Source: Myxococcales bacterium
Lineage (GTDB): Bacteria; Myxococcota_A; UBA9042
Direction: 5' to 3'
DNA length: 64,000 nucleotides
Assembly (NCBI GenBank): GCA_037441385.1
Contig: JBBISH010000012.1
Span: forward strand, 22,480 to 86,479
The first letter of the stretch is position 1; the number at the start of each line of letters is the position of its first letter. This document shows, one piece after another, positions 28,875 through 37,829 of this stretch. A program made the position numbers and the translations under genes. The notes under the pieces were generated by a model. That model made no database searches. It was not told the DNA's origin and saw nothing but the letters and a program-made list of their open reading frames with translations.

Positions 28875-29621
28875 CTACTTGACACAATCCCCATCGCGGG
28901 CAGTGCACTTCTTGAGGACCTGGCAGTTCAGCGACTGCCGGCAGCTTGCATTATTGGCCGCAACACACTTAGTGCCGTCTGTGCTGCACCGCCCGAACTT
29001 CTGACACTGTTCGGAATCAAAGCAGTCCTCGTCCGATAGGTGAGCGCTCTTTGCTGGAGCGACGGGTGGTGCGGTATCTGCCGCCTTGGCTGGCTTTGTT
29101 GTTCCCTGAGGCGCCTTCTTGGCCCCGGTGCTCTTGGCGCTTGCCGCTGTGCCTTCGTCGGTGGGCGTTTCTTCGACGGGTTCAACTGGGGCAGCGGCCT
29201 TCTTGGGCGCTGCTGTTCGCTTGGGCGGCGGCGTGTAGATGCCAGCACCAGAGTCGACACGGCACGCATACTCAACCGTCCGCGTGGCCAAGATCGTCGA
29301 TGCCGATGAGCCGAGCGAAGCCATCGACGTGATACAGCCGGTGTCTCCTTGATTGCAACTGCGCGACAGGGCGTAGCCGGTTGCGGCGGCAAGCCCGAAG
29401 GAGATCAACAGGTCGCTGAAGTCTTGCTTACTCTCAGACCACGCCACGCCGGCCGCTCCGCATTCCCGGGCCGCGTCCGCGGAAATTCGCGTAGCCCCCC
29501 AGAAGAGGAACCACTGCTTTTCCGATTGCGCCGGGCCTGCGGGCGCACTGGTCATTAGGGAGGTCGTAAAGCAGCCGGGGAGGCTCAGGGCGATCGCAAT
29601 GACGCATAGGATCTTGCGCAT
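28875..29621 (-). CDS. Bor/Iss-like lipoprotein with C-terminal Cys-rich repeats
   Basis: LSLPGC lipobox and QWFLFWG...DAARECG...SKQDFSDLLI...RTVEYAC pattern recalling lambda Bor; Lys/Ala/Pro linker; CxxSxxCxxxGxC repeats. Confidence 0.65.
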   Translation of the reverse strand: MRKILCVIAIALSLPGCFTTSLMTSAPAGPAQSEKQWFLFWGATRISADAARECGAAGVAWSESKQDFSDLLISFGLAAATGYALSRSCNQGDTGCITSMASLGSSASTILATRTVEYACRVDSGAGIYTPPPKRTAAPKKAAAPVEPVEETPTDEGTAASAKSTGAKKAPQGTTKPAKAADTAPPVAPAKSAHLSDEDCFDSEQCQKFGRCSTDGTKCVAANNASCRQSLNCQVLKKCTARDGDCVK

Positions 29622-29865
29622 GGGAATTCCTGGATGTCACGGATCGCGACAGGGGGCCGCCGGGACACGTACTGCACGGTGCCGGCGTTGGCCGCGCTGG
29701 GTTTGGCAAATCGCGACAGACAAACCCGACGAGGTGAATGTGCTGACGCCGAAGTGGATCATGCTGCTTTCATTCATGGAGTTTGCGCCGATGAGCACAT
29801 GCAAGCCAGCGTCACGATCGGTTCACGGTCAGCAGCAGACTTGATCGTCCAGTTGACTACTTCGG

Positions 29866-31140
29866 TCAGAACGTCGGCGCGATCGTGAACTCGACCTCGA
29901 CCACGTCGTTGAAGAGAAATCCCGACTTTGCCCCGGCCTTGATCAGGCCGAGCAGTCCTGTCGTGGACCAAGCGCTACCGTCCGCAAGATCGTCCGAGAA
30001 CACGTCTTCATCGTACGCCCACACGTCAAGCTCTGAGCTTTGGAACAACTTGACGGAAAACGACTCGGAAAACGTGGCCTGAAATACGTCCTGGGCCGCC
30101 TTGGTACAGAAAAGGCTCTTGCCGTCCACCCCAACACACAACTTGGGATCGGGCGCGCCACCCCCGGAGTCCCAGGCAGACTTGGATTTTGGGTCGAGCA
30201 CCGGGAATTTCGCCGACTTCAGTGACACGAGGTAAGTCATGCCGTCATACGGCTGGCATTTGCCGCCTGCGCACACGTCGGTGGGGCCGCATTGGCCAGA
30301 CGACGAGCAAGCCGTGCAACCTGAACCTCCGTAAACGCAAACCTTGCCACCAGTGCACGCCGCGGCAGCTAGCTTCTTCTTGCACCCGTCGGTGCCATTG
30401 ATGCACTGCTCAACCTTGCCCGCACTGGTGCACTTGTCGCCCGAACACTCGTCAGCGCACGGTACCTTGCACGTTCCCGAGTTGCAGACCGCACCGCCCG
30501 TGCATCCACAAGTTGCGCCGCAGCCGTCGTCCTGCCCGCACGACACGCTGTTACAGGCGGGCACGCACGTCGGCTTGGCTAAGCACGCGCCGCCCTGACA
30601 GACCTGGTCGAGGCTGCATTCGGAACTCTTCTTGCAGGGCCGACACTCCGAGTCTCCGGTTGGGCAGACCTGACCATTGCCGCACGATGACGGCGAGTTG
30701 GTGACGGGGCACCCGTCGGCGCCGGTTCCGCAGGTCTGAATTTCGTTTCCGCCTAGGCACAGTTGGACACACGTTGCGGTGCAGGTCACGCCGTTTGGTT
30801 GCCCTTCGCAAACGCCACCCTTGCAGACCCGCGAAGAGCCGTCGAAGCGACACTCAAAGTCGCCCGCGCATGCCCTACATTTGGCCTCGCCGGGGACGCA
30901 CACGGCACCGCCCGGGCAGATCATCGTCTGCGACGGGACAGAGCAGCCGCCGTTGTCGGTTCTGCAGGTCACCAGCCTTCCCTTTGTGTCGCACGCTTGG
31001 GAGCAGGCAATCCCACAGGTCGATCCCGGCGACACGTCAGCGCCCACGCCAGACCCGCCGGTTCCACCACCGGATTGACAACTGGCGGCCGTCGCTATGA
31101 GGCAAGCGGCGCAAAAAGATAGAACCAAGTTGCCGCGCAT
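29866..31140 (-). CDS. Cys-rich repeat lipoprotein with C-terminal C2-like domain
   Basis: ATAASC lipobox, dense Cys repeats, then WD..GGAPDPKL...TKAAQDVFQATFSESF...LDVWAYDEDVFSDD. Confidence 0.75.
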   Translation of the reverse strand: MRGNLVLSFCAACLIATAASCQSGGGTGGSGVGADVSPGSTCGIACSQACDTKGRLVTCRTDNGGCSVPSQTMICPGGAVCVPGEAKCRACAGDFECRFDGSSRVCKGGVCEGQPNGVTCTATCVQLCLGGNEIQTCGTGADGCPVTNSPSSCGNGQVCPTGDSECRPCKKSSECSLDQVCQGGACLAKPTCVPACNSVSCGQDDGCGATCGCTGGAVCNSGTCKVPCADECSGDKCTSAGKVEQCINGTDGCKKKLAAAACTGGKVCVYGGSGCTACSSSGQCGPTDVCAGGKCQPYDGMTYLVSLKSAKFPVLDPKSKSAWDSGGGAPDPKLCVGVDGKSLFCTKAAQDVFQATFSESFSVKLFQSSELDVWAYDEDVFSDDLADGSAWSTTGLLGLIKAGAKSGFLFNDVVEVEFTIAPTF

Positions 31141-31153
31141 TCGATCACCGTTA

Positions 31154-31195
31154 CGATGTTGCACGCCGTATAACATGACGTTCAACATCGGTCAA
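31154..31195. promoter_or_regulatory. Operator-like inverted repeat overlapping a candidate promoter between divergent genes
   Basis: CGATGTTGCACG (31154-31165) / CGTTCAACATCG (31179-31190), 11 of 12 complementary; minus strand TTGACC-N17-TATACG. Confidence 0.55.
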
Positions 31196-31253
31196 GTTGC
31201 AGCGCGTTCCGACGCAAACTCCCCTGTCGCCCACGCGGCAAGGGCCTGCGCAA

Positions 31254-31694
31254 ATGGCACAGCGGTCGACGAACAATCCTGAATGCCGAGCGCTCGCCGC
31301 CGTAATAGCTAGGAATTTGCGCAAGCGACGACTCGCCCACGGGCTCTCTCAGGCGGAAGTGGCGGAGGTGCTTGGCGTAAGCGTTGAATCCTTTTCGCGA
31401 ATCGAGCGCGGCTTGTCCCTGCCCAGTTTCCCGACACTGCTGCGGATGGCGACAATGTTCGGAGCGCAAGCGGGTGACCTATTGAAATCGGAGGGCGAGC
31501 CTGAGATGGCTCGACGGCAGCCGCGTGTAACTGCAGATTACTTGGAGACCGCACCCACTCCGACCGCCATCGCCCCACAGCACGACGCGCAGCAGGCCGC
31601 GGTGCTATTTCTGCGAATCGTTGACGCGAGCCGCACACTTGATGCCGCTCGTCTGGAGAAGTTGGCGGTCGCCGCAGAGGAACTGGCAAAATGA
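31254..31694 (+). CDS. XRE-family transcriptional regulator
   Basis: NLRKRRLAHGLSQAEVAEVLGVSVESFSRIERGLSLPSFPTL. Confidence 0.88.
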   Translation: MAQRSTNNPECRALAAVIARNLRKRRLAHGLSQAEVAEVLGVSVESFSRIERGLSLPSFPTLLRMATMFGAQAGDLLKSEGEPEMARRQPRVTADYLETAPTPTAIAPQHDAQQAAVLFLRIVDASRTLDAARLEKLAVAAEELAK

Positions 31695-32391
31695 TCCGCG
31701 GTTCGCGGCCGGACAGGTGGCGCCGCCCCGGTGCGCCTGCAATCCGATGCGGGGAGCGCTGCTCCGGCCTCGCTGCTTCCGGTCGTCCTTCCCTTAGCTT
31801 ATCCAGGCCGCGCCAGCGGCGCCACCCAAAGTCGCCTGCACTTCGCCCTGCACCGGCGTAGCACCACCGGAAACCGGTTGAGCGAGTTCAGACTCTTGGG
31901 GGCAAGTCTCGGCGGCGTCACCCGTGATCCCAGCTGCGCCGGCGTTACCCGCGCGTTGCTGCTTGTCGTTGCCCGACCACGGCCGGATAGCTTGGCGACG
32001 GACTGCGACGCCTGCCGCGGGCTGGATGCGGCCGCGCCATGCGATGCCACGGATGATCGCCGGGCGCCAGCCCGTGCACCGTCCCGCACCGGTGCGCAGC
32101 AGCGAGAAACCACGGCGCAGCTCTGGCGCGGTGGGGCCGCCACCGCACCGCAATAGCGCGCGACGCCCTGGAGCACACCCGCGGCGGTAGCGGCGCGCGA
32201 AAAGCCCAGGTGCCGGCCCACACCGTCTGCAGGCGAGGCACGTGAACCCGCGACGCGGCGCAGTAACCCGATTGCGGGGCAGTTCCATACGATGCGGTTG
32301 TTGTCGCCATTAGTGCAGGCATGGATGGCAGGCATTAGACAGCATAAACGAAGGTAACAACCTGGCGCTGAGGTTACAGCAACGCCGCGGG

Positions 32392-32421
32392 GGTCAACCG
32401 GCACCAGGTCAACCGGCACCA
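32392..32421. repeat. 15-bp perfect tandem duplication
   Basis: GGTCAACCGGCACCA x2. Confidence 0.8.
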
Positions 32422-32720
32422 GGGCCCAACGGAGTCGGTTAGCCAACAGCGTGGGGCCGATCCGCGTGCCCTGGCTTTTCGGCGCAATGGCCGGCAGCCG
32501 GAAGGCGCACAACCGGCACAGGGAACCGTTGCTGGGCTGCGGTTCTTGCCCTCGGAGCCGGCGGCTTTGGGGGCATCTTTGGCCGCTATGTCATGCGGGC
32601 GGGCCGGGGCCCGTGCCGCAGGCGTAAGGGCCAGCGGTCCCGCCCTACTTACACTCCGTTCCGTTCCGTGTACGGTTATTGCACACAACGGCCTAAAATT
32701 ATTGGACGCGGCATGAGATA

Positions 32721-32801
32721 GAGTGTGAAGCGTTGCCGGTTGGAGTGTGAAGTGTTGCCGGTTAGGCTGTGAAGCGTTGCGCGCAGAGTGTGAAGCGTTG
32801 C
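32721..32801. repeat. Four iteron-like direct repeats (putative replication origin)
   Basis: GAGTGTGAAGCGTTGC consensus at 32721, 32743, 32765 and 32786 (spacing 22/22/21), next to an AT-rich patch (TAAAATTATT) and the stop of the Rep candidate. Confidence 0.8.
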
Positions 32802-32806
32802 TGAAT

Positions 32807-34291
32807 CTACATCAACGACCTGTGTTTACGTCTGTTTCCTTTGCGGCCGTTTGCGCGGCCTTCGATTCGGAGTCTGCCGCTAGCGGCGATAAAGTCGCGC
32901 TCCAGGCCGTGCGGGTCCGCCAGCGTGAATTGGCCGGGTTCGGGCTCCAGCAACAACGCAGGCGCCTCTTCGCTCTCGCCTTCCCGCCACAGCTCCAGCA
33001 ACTTCGGCAGCGCCGCCACTGGCAGGCCCGCCGAGCGAGCGAGCTCGCGCAGTCGGTCCTCGCTGATGCAAACAGAGCCAAATCGGAACAGCTCTTCGGC
33101 TCGGTCCACCAGTTCGACCAAGAGAAGTCGGTGCAGCATCCAGGCCTTGCCCCAGTCGTTGGACCGTAGGGCCGAGACTGGCGGCTCGAACCGCAGTTCG
33201 GGCACCAGACGCCGAGCCATCCGGTCTGCATGGGTGCCGCCTGCCAGATTTGCCATCTGCGCCGCCATCCCCGGCAACAGCGCTTCGCCCAGCGTAATGC
33301 GCACGACGCTCACTTGCCCGGGCGCTGGTTTGGTGACGCGCAGCCATGTCCACAGGCCTCCGATCTTGAGTGTGGGCTGCATCCACGTGATGTGCTGGCC
33401 GGCAGTGAGCATGGCTTCAAGGGCGCCAAAGTCGCGACTGGTATGGCGCACTGCCAGGGCCAGCGCCGACAGACCGCCAAGAAACTCGACAACGCGAAAA
33501 TCGACACCGGGCTCACCGGCCGCGTGCCGCTCCCGTTGGCTGTGCCCGGTACTTACAAGCAGTCGCAGCAAGCGATGCCACGCCACCGTGCCGAACTGCG
33601 CAAGACCTCCGTGCACCGCTGTCAGGATCGCGGGGTCAAGGGTAGCGACCGTGCCGAGGATATTGGGACCATCACCGCGGACAGCGCCATCGGTCGGGGA
33701 AATCGTCAGTCGACCGCTGCCAGCTGGGACCAGCACGTCGTAGGCCACCACTCGGGGCAGCCCAGCTGGTGCAACTGCGTGCCGGTGTAGCCACTGAGCC
33801 TCGACATGGGCCTCCCAGAGAGTGCGCGCCACGGCAGCGAGTGCCGGGTGCGCGCAATCGCCCCATAATTTGTAGAGGTCGCTGTCGGTGCCGTCGCCGC
33901 CGCGGTAGGCCTGCAGCCGCTGGGCCGAAAGTGTACGCAGGTTGGTCGCGCGGCCGGATTCGATGGCGTCCATCCAATCGGCCAAAGCGGCGTCCAAGGC
34001 CAACATGTCGTCGCGAATCGTCGGGCCTTGCCCGCCGGCCGCGTGGTCCCCCTGCGCCGGAAGAACGAATGTCGCCGCCAAGCGCCTCGTTGCGTCAAGA
34101 AGGGCAGTGGCTAGCATCGCCTGCGCAACGCGGTCAACCCTGGCCGATTCGCGCGACAGCGTAGTGGTCACGGCGGCGGAGCGCGCATTGGCCCCTGCCG
34201 ATTCGGGCCATAGCCTAACAGCCGACAGCGCCTCCGCTTCGTATGCGGCAGGGCATTGGCCGACGGCAGCTGGCAGCGAATCAGAGGTCAT
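32807..34291 (-). CDS. Hypothetical protein, candidate replication initiator
   Basis: Last gene of the xis-primase-helicase run, overlapping the helicase stop; ends 5 nt from the iterons; basic C-terminus. Function is inferred from position only. Confidence 0.6.
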   Translation of the reverse strand: MTSDSLPAAVGQCPAAYEAEALSAVRLWPESAGANARSAAVTTTLSRESARVDRVAQAMLATALLDATRRLAATFVLPAQGDHAAGGQGPTIRDDMLALDAALADWMDAIESGRATNLRTLSAQRLQAYRGGDGTDSDLYKLWGDCAHPALAAVARTLWEAHVEAQWLHRHAVAPAGLPRVVAYDVLVPAGSGRLTISPTDGAVRGDGPNILGTVATLDPAILTAVHGGLAQFGTVAWHRLLRLLVSTGHSQRERHAAGEPGVDFRVVEFLGGLSALALAVRHTSRDFGALEAMLTAGQHITWMQPTLKIGGLWTWLRVTKPAPGQVSVVRITLGEALLPGMAAQMANLAGGTHADRMARRLVPELRFEPPVSALRSNDWGKAWMLHRLLLVELVDRAEELFRFGSVCISEDRLRELARSAGLPVAALPKLLELWREGESEEAPALLLEPEPGQFTLADPHGLERDFIAASGRLRIEGRANGRKGNRRKHRSLM

Positions 34292-35729
34292 CGTCGTCCG
34301 CCAGCGCTCGCTCGCGCCCGGATATCGGCACCAGATGGCCGTGTCCCGTCGATTTTGTAGCTGCCTGCAAATTCGGAAGGTGTCGAACCCGAATCTGTTT
34401 GTGCAGCTGGTCAAGTTCACGGTCAATCTTGGCGAGCTCAGTTGTGTTGCCCTGGGCTTCACACGCGGTGCGTTCGTCAACCAAGGCCGCCACGCGCGCT
34501 TCTGCTTTCTGCAAGGCGTCCTTGGCACGGCGCACCGGCGCGGGGTCACCTGCGGTCTTGCGTCGTTGCGGGGCAACGTATGCAGCCGCCTCTGTGTTAG
34601 CCGGTCCCCGCGGCGCGCCTTCGCTGAGCCATCCCTGCGACTCAACCAATCGGCACCATGTGCTCTGGCCGGCCCGCAGCTTGGCGGCTCCAATCCACAT
34701 AGCGCCGGGGTCGGCACCATAGGTGTTGCCGTCGTCCTTGGCTTCCCCCGTGGCCCGCGCCAGCACCAGCGAAGAGTCACTCGCAAACTCAATGTCGCCA
34801 CTCTCTTTGCCGACACCGATGAGGTCGGCGGCATGCGTCTTGGGCCAGCCCATCTCGTCGAGAACAATACCATTTAGTGCCGCGTAGTTAGTCCGCGCCG
34901 TACTCGACAGGGCCAGCACGACCACGTTGTGCTTCCGGGCCACCTCGCGTGCCTGATAGGCGGCCTTGCTGAGACGCTCTCGGGTATCCTCATTCCGCAC
35001 CGGCGCGCCATTCTCCGGCGTTGCACCGCCAAGAAGTTGAAGAAAGTCCAGGACAAATAGGACTGGAGCCGTGGGCGGAAGCTCGGGGTGCGCCGTGCGC
35101 AACTGCTCCGCCGCGCCACCAATCTGGTCGTAGCCCCAGCCGTGCGGACCTTGTTCGGTGCACAGGTAGAGCGGGAGTTTGGCCAGCATGGGCCCGCCAT
35201 CCGCAACCAATCGCTCCAGGTGCTGGACTCCCGGCGTCTTCCCCCACTTGCCTGTGTAGAGGGACGACCACCAGGTCCCAGCAGATTCACCGGCAGTCAT
35301 ACAGAGCAGGCGTGCGACCAGGCCGAGGCTGTCTAGCTCAAGCCCAACATACCGAACAGGAATCCCGGCCAGCGCCGCCTGCAGGGCCACCTGCAGGGCA
35401 AACTGGCTCTTGCCAGTGCCGGTGCCGCCGGTGAGGATATGCAGGCCCGGCCAAAAGCCGCCACCCAACATCGCAGCCAGATTCGGCCAGTTGGGCAGCA
35501 GTATCGGACCATCCTCGCCCGAGGCGCGTCGGCGCAGGTGGCCAATCGCGTCAGGCAGGATTTCGCCGATTCGCTCCTTGGCCAGCGCAGCGCGGGCTTC
35601 GGCCACCTTGGGACCCAGCATGGGCACCGTATCGGCCAGCCGCTGCGCCACAAGTGCCGCTTTGGCGTCCTCGGCGAGCCAGTCAGCCGGTTTGATGTCG
35701 CAATCGTGAAATGGTCTGTCGTCGCTCAT
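34281..35729 (-). CDS. DnaB-like (SF4) replicative helicase
   Basis: LTGGTGTGKSQFA, VGLEL, VLDFLQLL, VLALSSTAR, KESGDIEFASD, KLRAG. Confidence 0.85.
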   Translation of the reverse strand: MSDDRPFHDCDIKPADWLAEDAKAALVAQRLADTVPMLGPKVAEARAALAKERIGEILPDAIGHLRRRASGEDGPILLPNWPNLAAMLGGGFWPGLHILTGGTGTGKSQFALQVALQAALAGIPVRYVGLELDSLGLVARLLCMTAGESAGTWWSSLYTGKWGKTPGVQHLERLVADGGPMLAKLPLYLCTEQGPHGWGYDQIGGAAEQLRTAHPELPPTAPVLFVLDFLQLLGGATPENGAPVRNEDTRERLSKAAYQAREVARKHNVVVLALSSTARTNYAALNGIVLDEMGWPKTHAADLIGVGKESGDIEFASDSSLVLARATGEAKDDGNTYGADPGAMWIGAAKLRAGQSTWCRLVESQGWLSEGAPRGPANTEAAAYVAPQRRKTAGDPAPVRRAKDALQKAEARVAALVDERTACEAQGNTTELAKIDRELDQLHKQIRVRHLPNLQAATKSTGHGHLVPISGRERALADDDDL

Positions 35730-37147
35730 GCCGCCCCCATTTCGCGCAATTGCTGGTTGTATATGTTCAGTTCCCAGTCATTCAAAGCGCTCAGCTGGCA
35801 CCGCAGCACGTTAGCTACCGCCGTGGGCACAGCGTCGGGGCGGCCCCAGTCGCGACAGCAGTACGCCCAGACCACCGCGAGGCCGTCGGGGCCGATGGCA
35901 TCGCGCAACGCCTCGCAAGCCTGTGCCACCTGGTCTGCCTTTGCCGGCGCTGACACCGCTGCAAAGGTCGGGCCCGCGCGTTGGATCGCAGGCGCCGCAG
36001 GTTGCGGTACGTTCGGCTTGAATTCTCGACGCATTCTGCAGCCGCGGGCGATCAGCAGGGTTTGCCACGCCGCCGCATACTTGTCGCCTGCATCGTCGGC
36101 ATGAGTGCGGAGCGCCACGGGCCATCCCTCGGGCACCACAGCACCCAGCGCCGGATCAGCCGATCCGTTCCAAATCCCCCACACGGCAGATCGCTTGCCT
36201 TTGGGCAGTTCCGACGCAACCGTCACCGCCAACCGCAACCAGTCGGGCACGCCCTCGGCAATTTCGACCAGGGGGAGGCCATGCGAGCGCGGGTCGGCCC
36301 CTGTCGCAAGCACAAGGCCAGCCGCTGACGCACGGCCGGGCCACGCGGCCTTGTCAGCCGGGCCGTAGGCCGGCAGCACGTTGCGCGCGTGCAAGCTCGC
36401 CACCCGCAGCCGTCCAGGGGTGTCGGGGTCCGCTTCCCATGCTCGCACCACCAGGCGGTGCCCGCTCGCCGTCCAGGGCTTGCCGTCTTTGTACCGCGCC
36501 CACCGGGGCAGGTTCGCCAGGTCGGCCGGCAACGCGCGCGCCAAGTCGAACTTTGCGACCGTCGCCGGGTCGATCGCGCCGTCGTGTCGCCCGGCCAGCC
36601 AAGCCGCCATCTCGGGGTCGGCAGTCACGGGCAGGCAGCGCGCCCAAAGGGCCGCAACCTCTGCCGCAGGGGGCCGGGGCTTGGGTTGGTTGACCTGGAC
36701 GGCCACCGTTGCACGCCGAGGCCGGGCAAGTGTAGCCGGGGTCGATCCGCCGTCTGGCGAAGCGTCACACCAGCCGCGTGCCGCGTACCATTCGCGCACC
36801 TGCGCGCTCGTGTCGCTGTCGCCCTTTGCCCACGCCCTGCCGGTCAAGGACCAGGCGACCAGCGCCAGCCCGTCACCTTTGGCGCCGCAACCTTCGGTGC
36901 CGTTGCTGCAGCAGGCCCAGCGCTTGCCGTCGGCTTCGATGCGGCACCGCCCACGCCGGTCGGTTCGGCCTGGGTTGGCACGCGTGGCCATGCCGCAGCT
37001 CGGGCACGGGCCAAAGCTCTTGCCGTCGCGATGCAAATCGAGGCCCAGTGTGGCCACCACTTCGGGCAGTGGCGCGCGGCAGGCGTCGTCGAGCCAGTTG
37101 CTCGGTGTGCGGTCCGTGCCGTGACGGCTCAGGGTGGGCGGCGTCAT
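35726..37147 (-). CDS. Primase-like protein (Zn-binding domain + TOPRIM-like domain)
   Basis: CPSCG...WACC...CGAKGDGLALV; EIAEGVPDWL; HADDAGDKYA. Confidence 0.72.
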   Translation of the reverse strand: MTPPTLSRHGTDRTPSNWLDDACRAPLPEVVATLGLDLHRDGKSFGPCPSCGMATRANPGRTDRRGRCRIEADGKRWACCSNGTEGCGAKGDGLALVAWSLTGRAWAKGDSDTSAQVREWYAARGWCDASPDGGSTPATLARPRRATVAVQVNQPKPRPPAAEVAALWARCLPVTADPEMAAWLAGRHDGAIDPATVAKFDLARALPADLANLPRWARYKDGKPWTASGHRLVVRAWEADPDTPGRLRVASLHARNVLPAYGPADKAAWPGRASAAGLVLATGADPRSHGLPLVEIAEGVPDWLRLAVTVASELPKGKRSAVWGIWNGSADPALGAVVPEGWPVALRTHADDAGDKYAAAWQTLLIARGCRMRREFKPNVPQPAAPAIQRAGPTFAAVSAPAKADQVAQACEALRDAIGPDGLAVVWAYCCRDWGRPDAVPTAVANVLRCQLSALNDWELNIYNQQLREMGAA

Positions 37148-37470
37148 GGCGCCACATCGGTTGCCAGTTCTTCGGTCCTGGGCGGCTGCGGTGAAGGTGA
37201 GTCGGCCAGCGAAGGGCTGGGCAACTCCGGGGCGGGCTCGGTCAGCCGCAGCAGGAACTCGATCGCTTGCCGCGCCTGTTCGCGATCCAGCTTGTTGGCC
37301 AGCCCGAAAAGGTACAGCTGCTGACCGCGGCTCATGGCCTTCGGCGGGCCCATCAACCAGGCGATGAGAAACCCGGCTTCGGGCTTGCTCAGCGCCTTCA
37401 AGCGGTCCGGGGCGGTCAAGCCATCGAGGTAGCGAAGTTGACCGTCGCTGGCGGTGACATGCGTGCTCAT
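37144..37470 (-). CDS. Small hypothetical protein with an internal two-fold repeat
   Basis: ATGA overlaps on both sides; SDGQLRYL...LSKPEA..LI and SRGQQLYL...LDREQA..AI. Confidence 0.65.
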   Translation of the reverse strand: MSTHVTASDGQLRYLDGLTAPDRLKALSKPEAGFLIAWLMGPPKAMSRGQQLYLFGLANKLDREQARQAIEFLLRLTEPAPELPSPSLADSPSPQPPRTEELATDVAP

Positions 37471-37691
37471 TTCTGCACCGCCGCGGGTACCCGGTGCGAC
37501 TTCAAGAACGCCTCCAAGGCGTGTTGCTCAAACAGGACCGTGCGGGCCCCGAGCCGGACGTGGTCGATCCGTTTGTGGTGGACGAGGGAGTAGAGCGAAC
37601 CAACTGGAATTCCAAGGAACTTCGCAGCCGACTCGTAGCGGTGAATGATGGTGCTGGTGGGCTTGTCCGTGGCTTCAGGGCTTGTCGCCAT
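37467..37691 (-). CDS. Excisionase-like HTH protein
   Basis: YESAAKFLGIPVGSLYSLVHHKRIDHVRLGARTVLF...LEAFL; AAGGAG Shine-Dalgarno. Confidence 0.85.
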   Translation of the reverse strand: MATSPEATDKPTSTIIHRYESAAKFLGIPVGSLYSLVHHKRIDHVRLGARTVLFEQHALEAFLKSHRVPAAVQK

Positions 37692-37829
37692 CTTGGCTCC
37701 TTCGTACGGCGGCTGATTCCGTCGTACACGAGCCAAATTGCGCTGAGCTTGAGGGGCGCGGAAGACGCCGGATCCGTGCGAATCCTGGTTCTTCCCGGCA
37801 ACATGCCATTCTACATGGCATTTTTCGTG

